A stretch of DNA of 64,000 nt from Tubulanus polymorphus (taxonomy: Eukaryota > Animalia > Nemertea): assembly GCF_964204645.1 (NCBI RefSeq), contig NC_134033.1:7076655-7140654 (forward strand), written 5' to 3'. Positions 34,185-45,104 of the stretch are shown piece by piece. The notes under the pieces were generated by a model. That model had not been told where the DNA came from. It did not search any database and saw only the letters and a list, made by a program, of their open reading frames with translations. Made by a program: the position numbers and the translations under genes. The first letter of the stretch is position 1. Every line of letters starts with the position of its first letter.

Positions 34185-34485
34185 ATGGTCTCGGCAATTA
34201 GGAATTAAATCACAAGAATATAAAAAAGCTGTAAAAGAAAAAATAAGTAATAAAAATGTTAACAAAAATGGTGAAAATATTATTATTTCTACTCCTTCTG
34301 ATAGTAGAATATTTGATAAATATTTATATTTTACAGTTGGATTTGTAATTGTATTCATTTTGATTGGGTGTAATTGGTATAAGAAATCAAATAAAATTCA
34401 TGATATTAGTAATTCTGAAACAACTGCTATTAAAAATGAAAATACTTCTGAAATTCCAAAATTAACAATAAAAAAAATGGATTAA
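34132..34485 (+). CDS. Basic single-TM protein, B
   Basis: Homolog of 16217-16585. Confidence 0.75.
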   Translation: MSEVKEVKKKSRSQKQIEWSRQLGIKSQEYKKAVKEKISNKNVNKNGENIIISTPSDSRIFDKYLYFTVGFVIVFILIGCNWYKKSNKIHDISNSETTAIKNENTSEIPKLTIKKMD

Positions 34486-34529
34486 TATTTTAGAAAAAAG
34501 CAAAAAAAATAATTTTTTTTAATTAATTG

Positions 34530-34604
34530 AATATCTCACTACTTTTGTCTATCTATGAGGAGCAATTAAATTGTCCAGATAAGTCATTTCGGATTCTAGA
34601 TATT
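34530..34604 (-). other. Conserved putative structured element, copy in B
   Basis: Homolog of 15288-15366. Confidence 0.55.
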
Positions 34605-34634
34605 CATTATTTTTATTAATTTATTTTTTTAAAT

Positions 34635-34961
34635 TTAATCAACAATTTCTAAATCATGATGGCCATCTTCATTTTTTCCATGATAGATTATTTTAAATCC
34701 TTCTAAATCTTTTGATTCCTCTGTACTCAATGAAACCCATTTATCAGGTAAAAATACTTTAAATTCTCGCGATGTACTAACATTGCAGTAGCTTAAATTA
34801 GCTGATACTTTCTCTCCATATTTAGTTTTTATCTTTTCTAATTTCAATATTTTATGTTCAATTTCTTTTGTAACATCAACTAACTTTTTTATTTCAAATT
34901 GTTTTTTTGCTGGTTTTATTCTGTTATTTATTGTTGCTAAGAATGCTTTTCTATCTCCCAT
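34635..34961 (-). CDS. Small protein, possibly OB-fold ssDNA-binding, B
   Basis: Homolog of 6405-6758. Confidence 0.55.
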   Translation of the reverse strand: MGDRKAFLATINNRIKPAKKQFEIKKLVDVTKEIEHKILKLEKIKTKYGEKVSANLSYCNVSTSREFKVFLPDKWVSLSTEESKDLEGFKIIYHGKNEDGHHDLEIVD

Positions 34962-34994
34962 TTATTAGGAAAAAAAATTACTTGTGGTGATGAG
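34959..34994 (-). promoter_or_regulatory. 36-bp leader, copy 3 (SSB-like gene)
   Basis: Exact copy of 18521-18556. Confidence 0.8.
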
Positions 34995-35027
34995 TGATTA
35001 CTTCCCCTATATATAACAAACACGTTA

Positions 35028-35231
35028 TTACGCGCACTCACTGTTTATATGTGACACAATTTTACTACGTAATATTTCTAAAATTTCAATTGTATCTTTT
35101 ATTTCTAGTGAATCAATATAATTTCTAACATTTCCCATGTAAGGTTTATCAATGTATTTTTTACAATATTGACAATAATATTGATTTTTATTGACATCAC
35201 TTTTTTCTGTTTGGAACTCACTGTCTCCCAT
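35028..35231 (-). CDS. Short, internally deleted copy of the pPolB N-terminus in the right end of B
   Basis: pPolB aa ~1-28 joined to aa ~126-155. Confidence 0.6.
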   Translation of the reverse strand: MGDSEFQTEKSDVNKNQYYCQYCKKYIDKPYMGNVRNYIDSLEIKDTIEILEILRSKIVSHINSECA

Positions 35232-35316
35232 TTATTAGGGGAAAAAATTACTTGTGGTGATGAGCGGTGTCTCGTCCTCTCGTCCTCTGATCTGAAAACG
35301 CCATCTTCTAATTACT
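35147..35316. repeat. Right TIR of element B
   Basis: Reverse complement of 18469-~18640. Confidence 0.9.
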
Positions 35317-35322
35317 TTTGTG

Positions 35323-35557
35323 TATTGTAAATAAATCAATTGGTCGCGGAGCGGAGCGGTAGCGAAGTGGAGCGACCAATTGATTTAATACAATATGCTT
35401 TTTAAATTATTGATATCTTAGAATAAATATTTAGTTATAATCTAAAATACACACGGTTATGAAAATATATTATAGTTTTAAATTACTTTTAATGTTTTGT
35501 TTTTTAATGAGCTCGACCGTTCGACCTTTGGCTTGAAAGCCTATTATTCCTATTACT
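35323..35557. repeat. Outer part of the right TIR of element A
   Basis: Reverse complement of 1740-~1969, including the hairpin. Confidence 0.92.
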
Positions 35558-36200
35558 CGAAGGAACTGCACCGTATGAAAGAAGTTGATAACAACAGAAC
35601 GAAAGTTCGTTTGCTTGCTCGTCTGTTAAAGCAGTTGCGAATTCGATACCCTGACCAACAATTAACAGATTTTATAGCACCACCATTTTTCGATGAAGTT
35701 TTTTTTGCAGTTAAACAGGTCGCAACAGATTCGGATTCTCCACAAAACGCGTTGTCTTTGGGACACTACATCAAACAATGTACATTGTTGAAAATAAGCG
35801 AAGGTGTCATCAAGAGTACGGAAATGAGAAATGAAGGCTGGGATTTTCAGCATCTGTTCAATGCACACTGGACCAATAGGGTATCAAGTGTTGCCCGCAA
35901 ACGTCAGCACATACTTAAAATCAATAAACCAACATTGCATCCGATAGCTTTAGATATTGTAAAACTTAAGAACTGGTTGATTAGTGAAATAGAGCAAGCT
36001 CTCCGGGAACCGGAACCGATTGATTAAATGAGATGGAAGGTGATTGCAAAACTTGTAATGGCCAGAATAATTACGTTTAACAGACGCCGACCGATGGAAG
36101 TTCAAGAAATGTCTATGACTTCAATCACCCTAGTGATCAGAACGAAGATCATGAAATGCTTCAGTCATTATCTGTTAGTGAAAGATCAATGCCAGAAAGG
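35558..36200 (+). pseudogene. 3' continuation of the tyrosine-recombinase-like ORF
   Basis: RLLARLL...LGHYIK...W...VSSVA...ARIITFNRRRPMEV, the motif order of animal YR-like proteins; internal stop at 36025-36027; further exons not resolved. Confidence 0.6.
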
Positions 36201-37262
36201 TAATGTTAATGTTGTTTTGTCAATCTGTTCTTTGGACCCACCCTCCTGAATCAAACTGTCCTATCCATATAAACTATATTATTTATGTAGATTGTCAGAT
36301 TGTTGAGCATTTCAAACCTCTTCCAAAATGGGCATGGTGTCCCTTAGTCAGTAACCTGACTGTGGTCTAGTTTCACGATCGGATATTTTCACAAACCAGT
36401 CAGGGATGGGAAGGTCATTTTTCTATGAAATTTTCGTGAGTCAATTTGACTCACGGGTAATTTGCCTGTCATTTCATTGTCTCTTAAGATATCCGTCTAA
36501 TTTTTGTTGTAATCAACGCACAACAGATTCGTAGTTTGTTTGATCCCCATAAAACCTCACCTGACGATCTTAATTCATGTGCAAATCGGCCGTAAAGTGA
36601 GAGTAAATTTCCGTCGATTCGACGGCGGCCATTTTTAAAACGTGTGGAGGGTGCTGGCGCCTGTGGACTGAGGCCAGGACCACAACACACACTATCAAAA
36701 CGAAACGACAAAATTGAAAAAATTAAGAAATCAACACTTATTCACATTTTCTTCAACCAGAATTTATTTTTTCATCATTTATTGTGGAAAACACGAAGAT
36801 TTGAAATATAAGTTGGCAAACTATGAAAAATAAAAATTGTCGTTTCGTTTTGAAAGATTTATATAAATACTTGAAGGTCAACGAGTCTATCATGCCACAT
36901 GATGTATGCAATACAGAGAAATGGTAGTCAATGGCGAAATTTGTGGAGAAATTAATTAATTTCTCAAAATAATGTTGATTAATTGCTCGAAACATACATA
37001 AAATTGGATTATTTCAGAAGGTTCCTGTGTTAGTTTGTGATTGAAGCCATTAATTGTGGACTGAAGTGAATAGAAAGTATATTTTTGAAGTGTTACTTTT
37101 TGGTTTACCTATGTCATGGCTGTTGGTTGGCAGTCTGCCAAGAGTATGTTAAATCGCGGCACAAAATATAGGGGTAATACTTACGGGGTTGTCTTATATC
37201 GTGGAGCAAGTAGAATTGATGCGCGGAGGTCAGGCGGAAAGGACGATGCAATATTATGCAAT

Positions 37263-38680
37263 AGGCGCTAGAATTTTTGTCGCTAGAGCCATACCATGGG
37301 TCCGAGACGGCCGCGCGACCACTTTCTCGGGACCTGCTCGACCCCTTATAATGGCTCTAGGGCTCTGAAACTTGTCGGGTATTTAGAAGGGGTCCTGTAG
37401 ATGATACAGAATCATTAAAACCCTTGGCGCGGGGGTCTGTTGGGTCTAGGCGGACCCTGCCCAGACCGTTGAAATGAGCGTCTAATAAACGCGAAAATAA
37501 ACTATAAGTTGAGACCTGAAAACCGACCTACTTCTAGCATCTCGCGCGACCTTAATAGTGGCTCTAGGGCTCTGAAACTTCTCAGGGCCCTAAAAGAGGG
37601 TCTATTCTAGTCTGCAAACCTTGAAAATAGGTTATAGGCCCTTGGTTGCGGCACTAAAACTTTTGTCGCTAGGGCCATACCAGGGGTCTAAAACGGCCGC
37701 GCGAACAGTTTCTGGGGACCTGCTCGACCCCTAATAGTGGCCCTTGGGCTCTGAAACTTGTCGAGTATTTAGAAGGGGCCCGGTAGATGATGGAGAACCA
37801 TTAAAACGCTGGGCAAGGGGTCCGTTGGGTGGGCGGACCCTGCCCAGACCGTTAAAATGGGCATCTAATATACGCGAAAATACACTTTTAGTTATGACCT
37901 GAAAACCGATCCACTTCTAACATCTCCCGTGACCTTACTAGTGGCCCTAGGGATCTGAGCCTACTCAGGGACCTAGGGGAGGGTCTAATCCAAGTGTGCA
38001 TACCTTGGAAATAGGTTCTAGGCCCTTGGGTGCGGCGCTAGAATTTTTGTCGTTAAGGCCATACCATGGGTCTGAGACGGCCGCGCGACCACTTTCTGGG
38101 GACCTGCTCGACCCCTTATAATGGCCCTAGGGCTCTGAAGCTTGTCGGGTATTTCGAAGGGGCCCTGTAGATGATACAGAATCATTAAGACCCTTGGCGC
38201 AGGGGTCTGTTGGGTCTGGGCGGACCCTGCCCAGACCGTTGAAAATGAGCGTCTAAATACGCGAAAATAAACTAAGTTTAGACCCGAAAACCGACCCATT
38301 TCTAACATCTCGCGCGACCTTAATAGTGGCCCTAGGGCTCTGAAACTTCTCAGCGACCTAGGGGAGTGTCTAATCCAAGTATGCGAAACTTTAAAATTAT
38401 AACCTATTGGCTACTGCGCTAGAATCTTTGTCGCTAGGGCCATACCATGGGTCTGAGACGGCGCGTAACCACATTCTGGGGACCTGCTCATTCCCTAATC
38501 GTAGCCGAAGGGCTCTGCAACTTGTCGAGTATTTAGAAGGGGCCCTGTAGATGGTATAGAACCATTAAAACGCTGGGCGCGGGGGTCTGTTGGCCCAGAC
38601 CGTTAAAATGAGCATCTTATATAGACTCCAGGACCCCTTCTAAATCCCCGAGAAGTTTCAGAGCCCTAGGGCTGTGGTAA
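37263..38680. repeat. Diverged tandem satellite, unit ~385 bp, about 3.5 copies
   Basis: TTTTGTCG.TA.GGCCATACCA.GGGTC recurs near 37275, 37660, 38045 and 38425. Confidence 0.85.
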
Positions 38681-38887
38681 ACGCTACACTTACGCTCCGC
38701 TGTTAGCGTTTGTTCGAACCCAAATAATTGTAGGTACATGTATTTTTCTAGAGTTTTCCATACGGTCCATACAGCCAATGCGCATGCGCAACGAGTAACA
38801 GCTACCATTTCTTAAGTATCATATTGTCGTCAGTGACTTATATTGTATGTATACCATATATGATTCACAACTGGGGATGAAACAACT

Positions 38888-38996
38888 TATACATCCGATG
38901 CACATCTAGGGTCTTATACATCCGATGCACATCTAGGGTAATGTATACATCCGATGCACATCTAGGGTCTTATACATCCGATGCACATCTAGGGTA
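38888..38996. repeat. Minisatellite TATACATCCGATGCACATCTAGGGT x4
   Basis: Direct reading. Confidence 0.9.
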
Positions 38997-41810
38997 ATCC
39001 AAGCCCATCGTCAAACCCCTGTGGTAATAACTGCAAAAAAACGGTTCGCAACAGATGGTTTGGCAGGGACTGTAGAGATGCACAGAAGAAATATAATTAT
39101 ATGAAAAAAGATATAGGGGTTGCCCTACCCCTTCCAATTTTGAATCCCTTAAGAACTCTTCTAAAAACTATAAATAGGTCATCCGAGGAAATAAGAAAAA
39201 ACAAAAAGATGAATTTATTAAGGAGTGAGAGAATGCGAAATTAATAACCCAAAAAAGTATTGGTCGATGCTAAACTCTGCGAGCATAACAAAAATATAAT
39301 CTGATATAGTCTGATGATGATTCTTAACGACCAATTGTTTATCGAAACTTTATAGCGGATAAATAAACAATATAAACACAAGGTATTTCCATGATATTTT
39401 GAATTTATTCTCAGTTCATATTTAGCGCCATTCTCGCGAGATTATCAACAACCCGGAAATAAAATCCAAGCCCATCGTCAAACCCCTGTGGTAATAACTG
39501 CAAAAAACGGTTCGCAACAGATGGTTTGGCAGGGACTGTAGAGATGCACAGAAGAAATAAAACTAAAAATAGGTCATCCGAGGAAATAAGAAAAAACAAA
39601 AAGATGAATTTATTAAGGAATAGGAATTGAGAGAATGCGAAATTAATAACCCCAAAAAAGTATTGGTCGATGCTAAACTCTGCGAGCGTAAAAAAAAATA
39701 TAATCTGATATAGTCTGATAATGATTCTTAACGACCAATTGTTTATCGAATTTTTATAGCGGATAAATAAACAATATAAACACAAGGTATTTCGATGATA
39801 TTTTGAATTTATTCGCAGTTCATATTTAGCGCCATTCTCGCGAGATTATCAACAACCCGGAAATAAAATCCAAGCCCATCGACAAACCCCTGTGGTAATA
39901 ACTGCAAAAAACCGGTTCGCAACAGATGGTTTGGCAGGGACTGTAGAGATGCACAGAAGAAATATAATTATGTGAAAAAAGATATAGGGGTTGCCCTACC
40001 CCTTCCAATTTTGAATCCCTTAAGAACTCTTCTAAAAACTATAAATAGGTAGTCCGAGGAAATAAGAAAAAAACAAAAAGATGAATTTATTAAGGAATTG
40101 AGAGAATGCGAAATTAATAACCCAAAAAAGTATTGGTCGATGCTAAACTCTGCGAGCGTAACAAAAAATAATGAGGCTAATATAGATAATGATATTTTTC
40201 TTGAACATTTTATGAGATTAAATGATTTGAATCATGTTAACAATGAAACCGATGCCGGTGATGAGCCCCCAGACGAGGGTGACCCTCCTGTGAATCCGGG
40301 TCATAATACCTCCGCCCAAAATACCTCCACCCAAATATCCCAGACCCCTCCACCCAGAATACCCTCATATGTTTCCAAAATACCTCCAGGCCCTAGATCT
40401 AAAGTTCTATAGTTTAAAAGTAGTTATTAAATGGAAATGAACTGAATTCAGTGTGTACCGAAATGTAGTACATTGTTTTCTTAGATTATGGGACTAATTC
40501 ATATTCTATAATCTAAATATTGAATGGTTTCCAGAGATATCTAGTATTAGATTAAAGTCATGAGATAAACTAATTAATATTCTACAATCCCTATCTCGTT
40601 GTTTGTTCAAATTGGGTCGAATTCCCAGCCATTACTAATTGCAAGTGAAAATTGTCATTAATTGTTATTCAATTATTATTCAGTATAGGTTTATATGTAC
40701 CGTAATACATTATATATGATCCTATACATGTATAATAGTCAATATTGGTGGTACTTTATACATCTAAATAATAGAATTATAGTATTTTTTTAAATTCTGA
40801 GTGGGGTTATTTGGATACATATGAAGGTATTCTGGGTGGAGGGATTCTGGGTGAGGGATTTTGCACGGAGGTATTTTTTGGCGGAGGTATTATGGGCGTA
40901 TCCCCCTTCCTGTCTATGACAATTATATTTTGAACAGTGATATAACCAGTGATGAAGTAATTAAGGCTATCTCTATACTAAAAAACAAAAAAACAATAAG
41001 GCCCAAGACATTTATGGAATCACGAATGAGCTGTTGGGAGTGAGTCAGTATCCGTTTTTAATTTATATATTACAAAAATTATTCAATTTAGTTCTCAAAA
41101 CAGGATATGTTCCAGAGATGTGGTCTATAGGCGTCATCAAACCCATTTTAAGAATGGTGATCCCTCTAATCCCGATAATTATAGAGGCATTACCTTAGCT
41201 AGCTATCTTGGTAAGTTATTTACAAGTATCCTAAACCAAAGACTGTCAACATTCCTAGATACGAATGACATTATAAGTGAAGCCCAGGCTGGCTTTAGAT
41301 CGAAATATTCCACCATTGATCATATTAACACGCTTAAAACAATCGTAGAGCTGTATCTTTGTCAGGGAAGAAGAATTTTTTGCGCCTTTGTTGATTTTAA
41401 GAAAGCTTTCGACTCGATTTGTAGGGTAACGTTATGGCGAAAATTAGTTGCTAACAACTTTTTCACTGTGGTCAAAAATATGTATAATTCCATAAAATCA
41501 TGTGTTAAATTTAATGGTTGCACGTCATAATACTTTGCAGCTGATAGAGGCTTAAGACAAGGCGAAAATCTCTCGCCTATCCTCTTTTCGTTATTCTTAA
41601 ACGACATCGATGAATTTTTCATTGATCGTGGAAAACCGACTTTGTTATTTATTGAAAAACTAAATTTGAATCGTGACCAGGATATTGATACTTTACTGAA
41701 TTTATTCATAATACTATACGCAGATGATGTTATTCTTGCTGAGAAATCTCTTCAGCTACACTTATATACCTTATTTGAATATTGTGCCGCTAATGGTCTA
41801 AAGTGTACAC
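38996..41810 (+). mobile_element. Decayed non-LTR retrotransposon (LINE) ORF2 fragment; 5' part tandemly duplicated about three times
   Basis: PDNYRGITL, QAGFR, FVDFKKAFDS, GLRQGENLSP, YADD; 38996-40170 consists of rearranged near-identical copies. Confidence 0.88.
40292..40904. mobile_element. MULE-type non-autonomous element (MITE) inside the LINE
   Basis: ~100-bp imperfect TIRs (CATAATACCTCCGCC...); 9-bp TSD CCCTCCTGT/CCTTCCTGT; excision restores the LINE frame DPPV|YDNYILNSD. Confidence 0.75.
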
Positions 41811-41980
41811 TGTGAACTCAGAGAAAACTAATAGTCTGGCTTCCAGATCCCAACTTTCAGAATAATACTGCACATTGTGAGGATTTTATGAAATTTTCAG
41901 GGTTTGATGGTAACATATATGGCTTCAATTTCAGAAGGGGTGCCCACTCATCCGGGCCCTATTTTTTAAATTTTTAAAAA

Positions 41981-43689
41981 GGTTTAAATTTGTAGTCTTA
42001 AAATTTGGACACTGTAAAGTTTTTCGGGCGTCTCGTTGCGGTCTATTCGCGTTCGGGTTGGGGTTTGGATCGGTTTCTGTCGGGAAATAGCACGATCACA
42101 TCTTTTTATTCGGCTTTTGTCGTTAATTCGCGCTATAACATTCAAGTTACTTACCTGTAGTCTATTCTTTTGATATCGTTTTTTTTACTTTAGAACTGCC
42201 GTTTGGTAATGTCATAATCCTATTTTCATCATATTTACATAGTTTGATTTGTTTTCTTCGGTTCCTCGCTCGGCGAGTTGAGCTTTGTCGCACCGCTAGG
42301 CGGTTCACTATTCTTGCGCGCGTACATCAAACTCGGGTTTGATATTCGAATTTCGTTTTTATCTTCTTTAATGTATTCTTTTGGTATTTTTAGCGCGTGT
42401 ATTGACTATATTTAATTTCTGGGAGCATTAATCTTCCTGTTAACTATTTTATTCGCGTTCTATTTAGTGCGCGCTCTTGGCCTACTTCGCACGTAGTGGT
42501 ATCACTACTGGCCAATGAGCGCACTCGGATTCCTATAAAAGGCGGGTCGTTCGAGCGTGTCGGACATTCCGATCTTTGGTATCATCACGCGTCACACGCA
42601 GAATTCCGACTTTACTATTGACTTTGCTATTGAGAACATAAATTATATATAAGATGTAAGAGATTAATCCTTCCTATCTCGCCTTCGGGTTGGATATGAT
42701 CATCTTGTCCAACCCGAAGGAAGCAAATTATTCATTCGCGTTAACTTACGTACGATCGTCTGGCCGAGTTTGATTTTCGGCCGAGTTTGATTTTTCGGCC
42801 GGGTTAGACTTTTCGGCCGAGTTTGATGTCGCCGTTTATGACTATCTTCTAGTTAAACTTTTACCGGCCGACTGAGAGCGTCACCGATCAAGATATTTCG
42901 TCGAGCAAGCTTGTGTTCATATTCTTTATCTACCCGCCGGGTGCTTCGATTTTTAAATTATTTTCTTGCCGATTTGATTCGCTCTCGGTCGGGCGATTTA
43001 AATGTAAATAAATGTATATGTATAACATATTCCGAGCGATGATTTGAGATCGTCGTTAGCACCTTTCGAGTCTCGTACTGTACGCCCGAATGAGACATGC
43101 ATTTTTGACGCGACCACGACGCGAGACCTTTTCGAGACGCGCCGCGAACTAAGAGAATTTAAAGATATGCTGTTAATTTTATTGACTTAGTTACATTAAA
43201 TTTGAGAGTCCACGGGCTCTTATCTTATGACGATTTATATAAGTCTTATATCTTCGTCTTTTTTGAACGAGGAGAGGAGTTCCGCCGCTATTTTTCACCT
43301 CAGTGCCAATCTATTGTTATTCGTCTTTATGAGAGGACCAGTTCGATCAGGGACGTGTCAGCAGTAGTTAGATGGAGACCATCAATCGAGGATCCGAACC
43401 CTCAGTCCTTTATTGACTGATGGCCTTCATCCGGGGGAAGTCATGACAGAGTGTCATACGTAGAGAACGGAAGATGTTGAGGAGAACTAGGTTCGAACCC
43501 GAGCGAAATCCTGGCCAGGTAATCGCCTACTTGGATGCTGGGCCCTGATCATGGAATGAGAAGGATGAATATTTATTTGCGATAATTTAGATAAGAATTT
43601 GTATCTTTTCCCTGAACCCTAGTAGCAAACGCCTATTTTACTTATCCAACCCTAAAAAGAAACACGCTACCCAGGAGAGAAACGCTACA
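41981..43689 (+). repeat. 5' LTR (first ~280 bp missing)
   Basis: Matches 50432-51777; ends CGCTACA; CCAAT ~42512 and TATAAAA ~42534. Confidence 0.9.
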
Positions 43690-43693
43690 AAAA

Positions 43694-43711
43694 TGGTGGC
43701 AGCGGTGGGAT
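43694..43711 (+). promoter_or_regulatory. Primer-binding site, tRNA-Leu
   Basis: TGGTGGCAGCGGTGGGAT, 4 nt after the LTR, complementary to a tRNA-Leu 3' end. Confidence 0.8.
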
Positions 43712-43888
43712 CGTATTTGATTTGATTTGATCAATAAGTTGATAGACCCGCACAGAAGAAACTCAACGAGAATTTTAGCACAATATTCTTTTATCTTTAT
43801 TATTTTGGCACTGAGTGGAACGTAGACTCGTTCAGAATTTGTATAAGACGATTAAGACTATTATTTGAATTTTAGTGACTTAGCAAAG

Positions 43889-45050
43889 ATGAGTACTCAA
43901 TCCGTTAACGTGGATGGTGATCTGAGAGTATCCCTTCGACTAGGAGTAACGCTCGTAGACAACCCCGAAGTCTTAGCGACGAGGCGTCGAAATCTCGAAG
44001 AGACGGGAATCTAACCCATAGTCAGCCCTTAGACAGAGTCAGCCCTTAGACAGAGAGACGACGGTCGTAGGAGATTCCCCAACCGTGACAGAAGTAGTGA
44101 CCGCGCCTAATGTACTCGAGAAAGGCTCAGAGGTTTTTGAGACGACAGCGCTTCCTCGTAGGGTTAGCTCCGGAGATCAGAATTTCATTTATGCCGACCG
44201 TTTTGAGTCCAATGTCGAAACGAGTGATCGTCTTGACCGAGCTCCGCCGGGATAAAACTTTGTTTTCGAGAGTCAGCGCCTCACTCAAGACCGTAACCTG
44301 GCATGTAGAATCAAACCCGAAACCTTTGACGGCAATGGTTCCTGGCGAGATTATATTCAAGTTTTTGAGACAGTAGCACGTATCAACCGCTGGGACGACG
44401 GATCCAAGGCAGATTTTCTATTCGCACACCTTAGAGGTCCCGCCCGTCAATTAGCTTGCACTTTGTCGCATCAAAGTCGGCTTGATTATGGCGAGTTAGT
44501 CGGTATACTCGACTCGAGATTTGGTTCCGGCCATCAATCTGAACTCTTCTTAGCTGAAATTAAGAACAGAAGGCGTAAGAGGACGGAAACCCTGAGAGAG
44601 CTGGGGCATGAACTACTTTCCCTTGCCGTTAGGGCATATCCCGATTTAGACCCGTTTCAGCGAGACCGTTTGGTCCGAACACATTTATAGACGCGATCGA
44701 AGATAGAGAGCTGCGTATGCAATTGTACCAGAGTCATTGTAAATCGCTCGACGAGTTAGTCCGTCTAGCCGTAGAGTTAGAGGGGTTTAAGAGATTAGAA
44801 GAGGATAGAGAACGTGGATCTCATGGGTTCGTGAGAGCAACAAAAGTAGGAGAGAGCGACCAAATTGAGACATTGAGATCTCAGGTGACTGAGTTTACGA
44901 CAATGGTCAGCAGTTAGTAGGCCTACAATCCCAACAGAGCGTTCGTCGAGATAATCATTCTATCATCTGTTACAGTTGTGGTCAAACAGGCCATATCTCT
45001 AGAAACTGCCGAGAAGGACCGAGACGGGGAAACGGGCGACCCCTGGCTCA
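43889..45050 (+). pseudogene. gag: Gypsy gag (frameshifted)
   Basis: Capsid-like fragments; CCHC knuckle CYSCGQTGHISRNC at ~44968-45009. Confidence 0.8.
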
Positions 45051-45104
45051 AAGAGAGTCAAGCCAGAGGAGAGATTAAAAACCAAACTCTCATCGCCAAC
45101 CCTC

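Larger units (their letters stand above)
18469..35316 (+). mobile_element. Polinton/Maverick-like endogenous virus, element B (16,848 bp), nested in the right TIR of A; nearly intact
   Basis: Starts AGTAATTAGAAG and ends CTTCTAATTACT; 6-bp TSD TTTGTG at 18463-18468 and 35317-35322; removing B plus one TSD restores the reverse complement of A's left TIR; only two nonsense codons seen (pPolB, ATPase). Confidence 0.95.
1740..35557 (+). mobile_element. Polinton/Maverick-like endogenous virus, element A (about 16.96 kb once nested element B is removed); decayed
   Basis: Starts AGTAATAGGG and ends CCTATTACT; 6-bp TSD CGAAGG at 1734-1739 and 35558-35563; ~460-bp TIRs; pPolB, integrase, ATPase and capsid genes; many nonsense and frameshift lesions. 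Confidence 0.95.

Noticed and set aside
2348-34485. Single 34-kb element with an internal tandem duplication
   Set aside because: B has its own TIRs and its own 6-bp TSD, and gene order differs from A
35497-35557. Start of ORF 35497-36027 as a real gene start
   Set aside because: The first 20 codons are TIR sequence; the true upstream part lies before 1740
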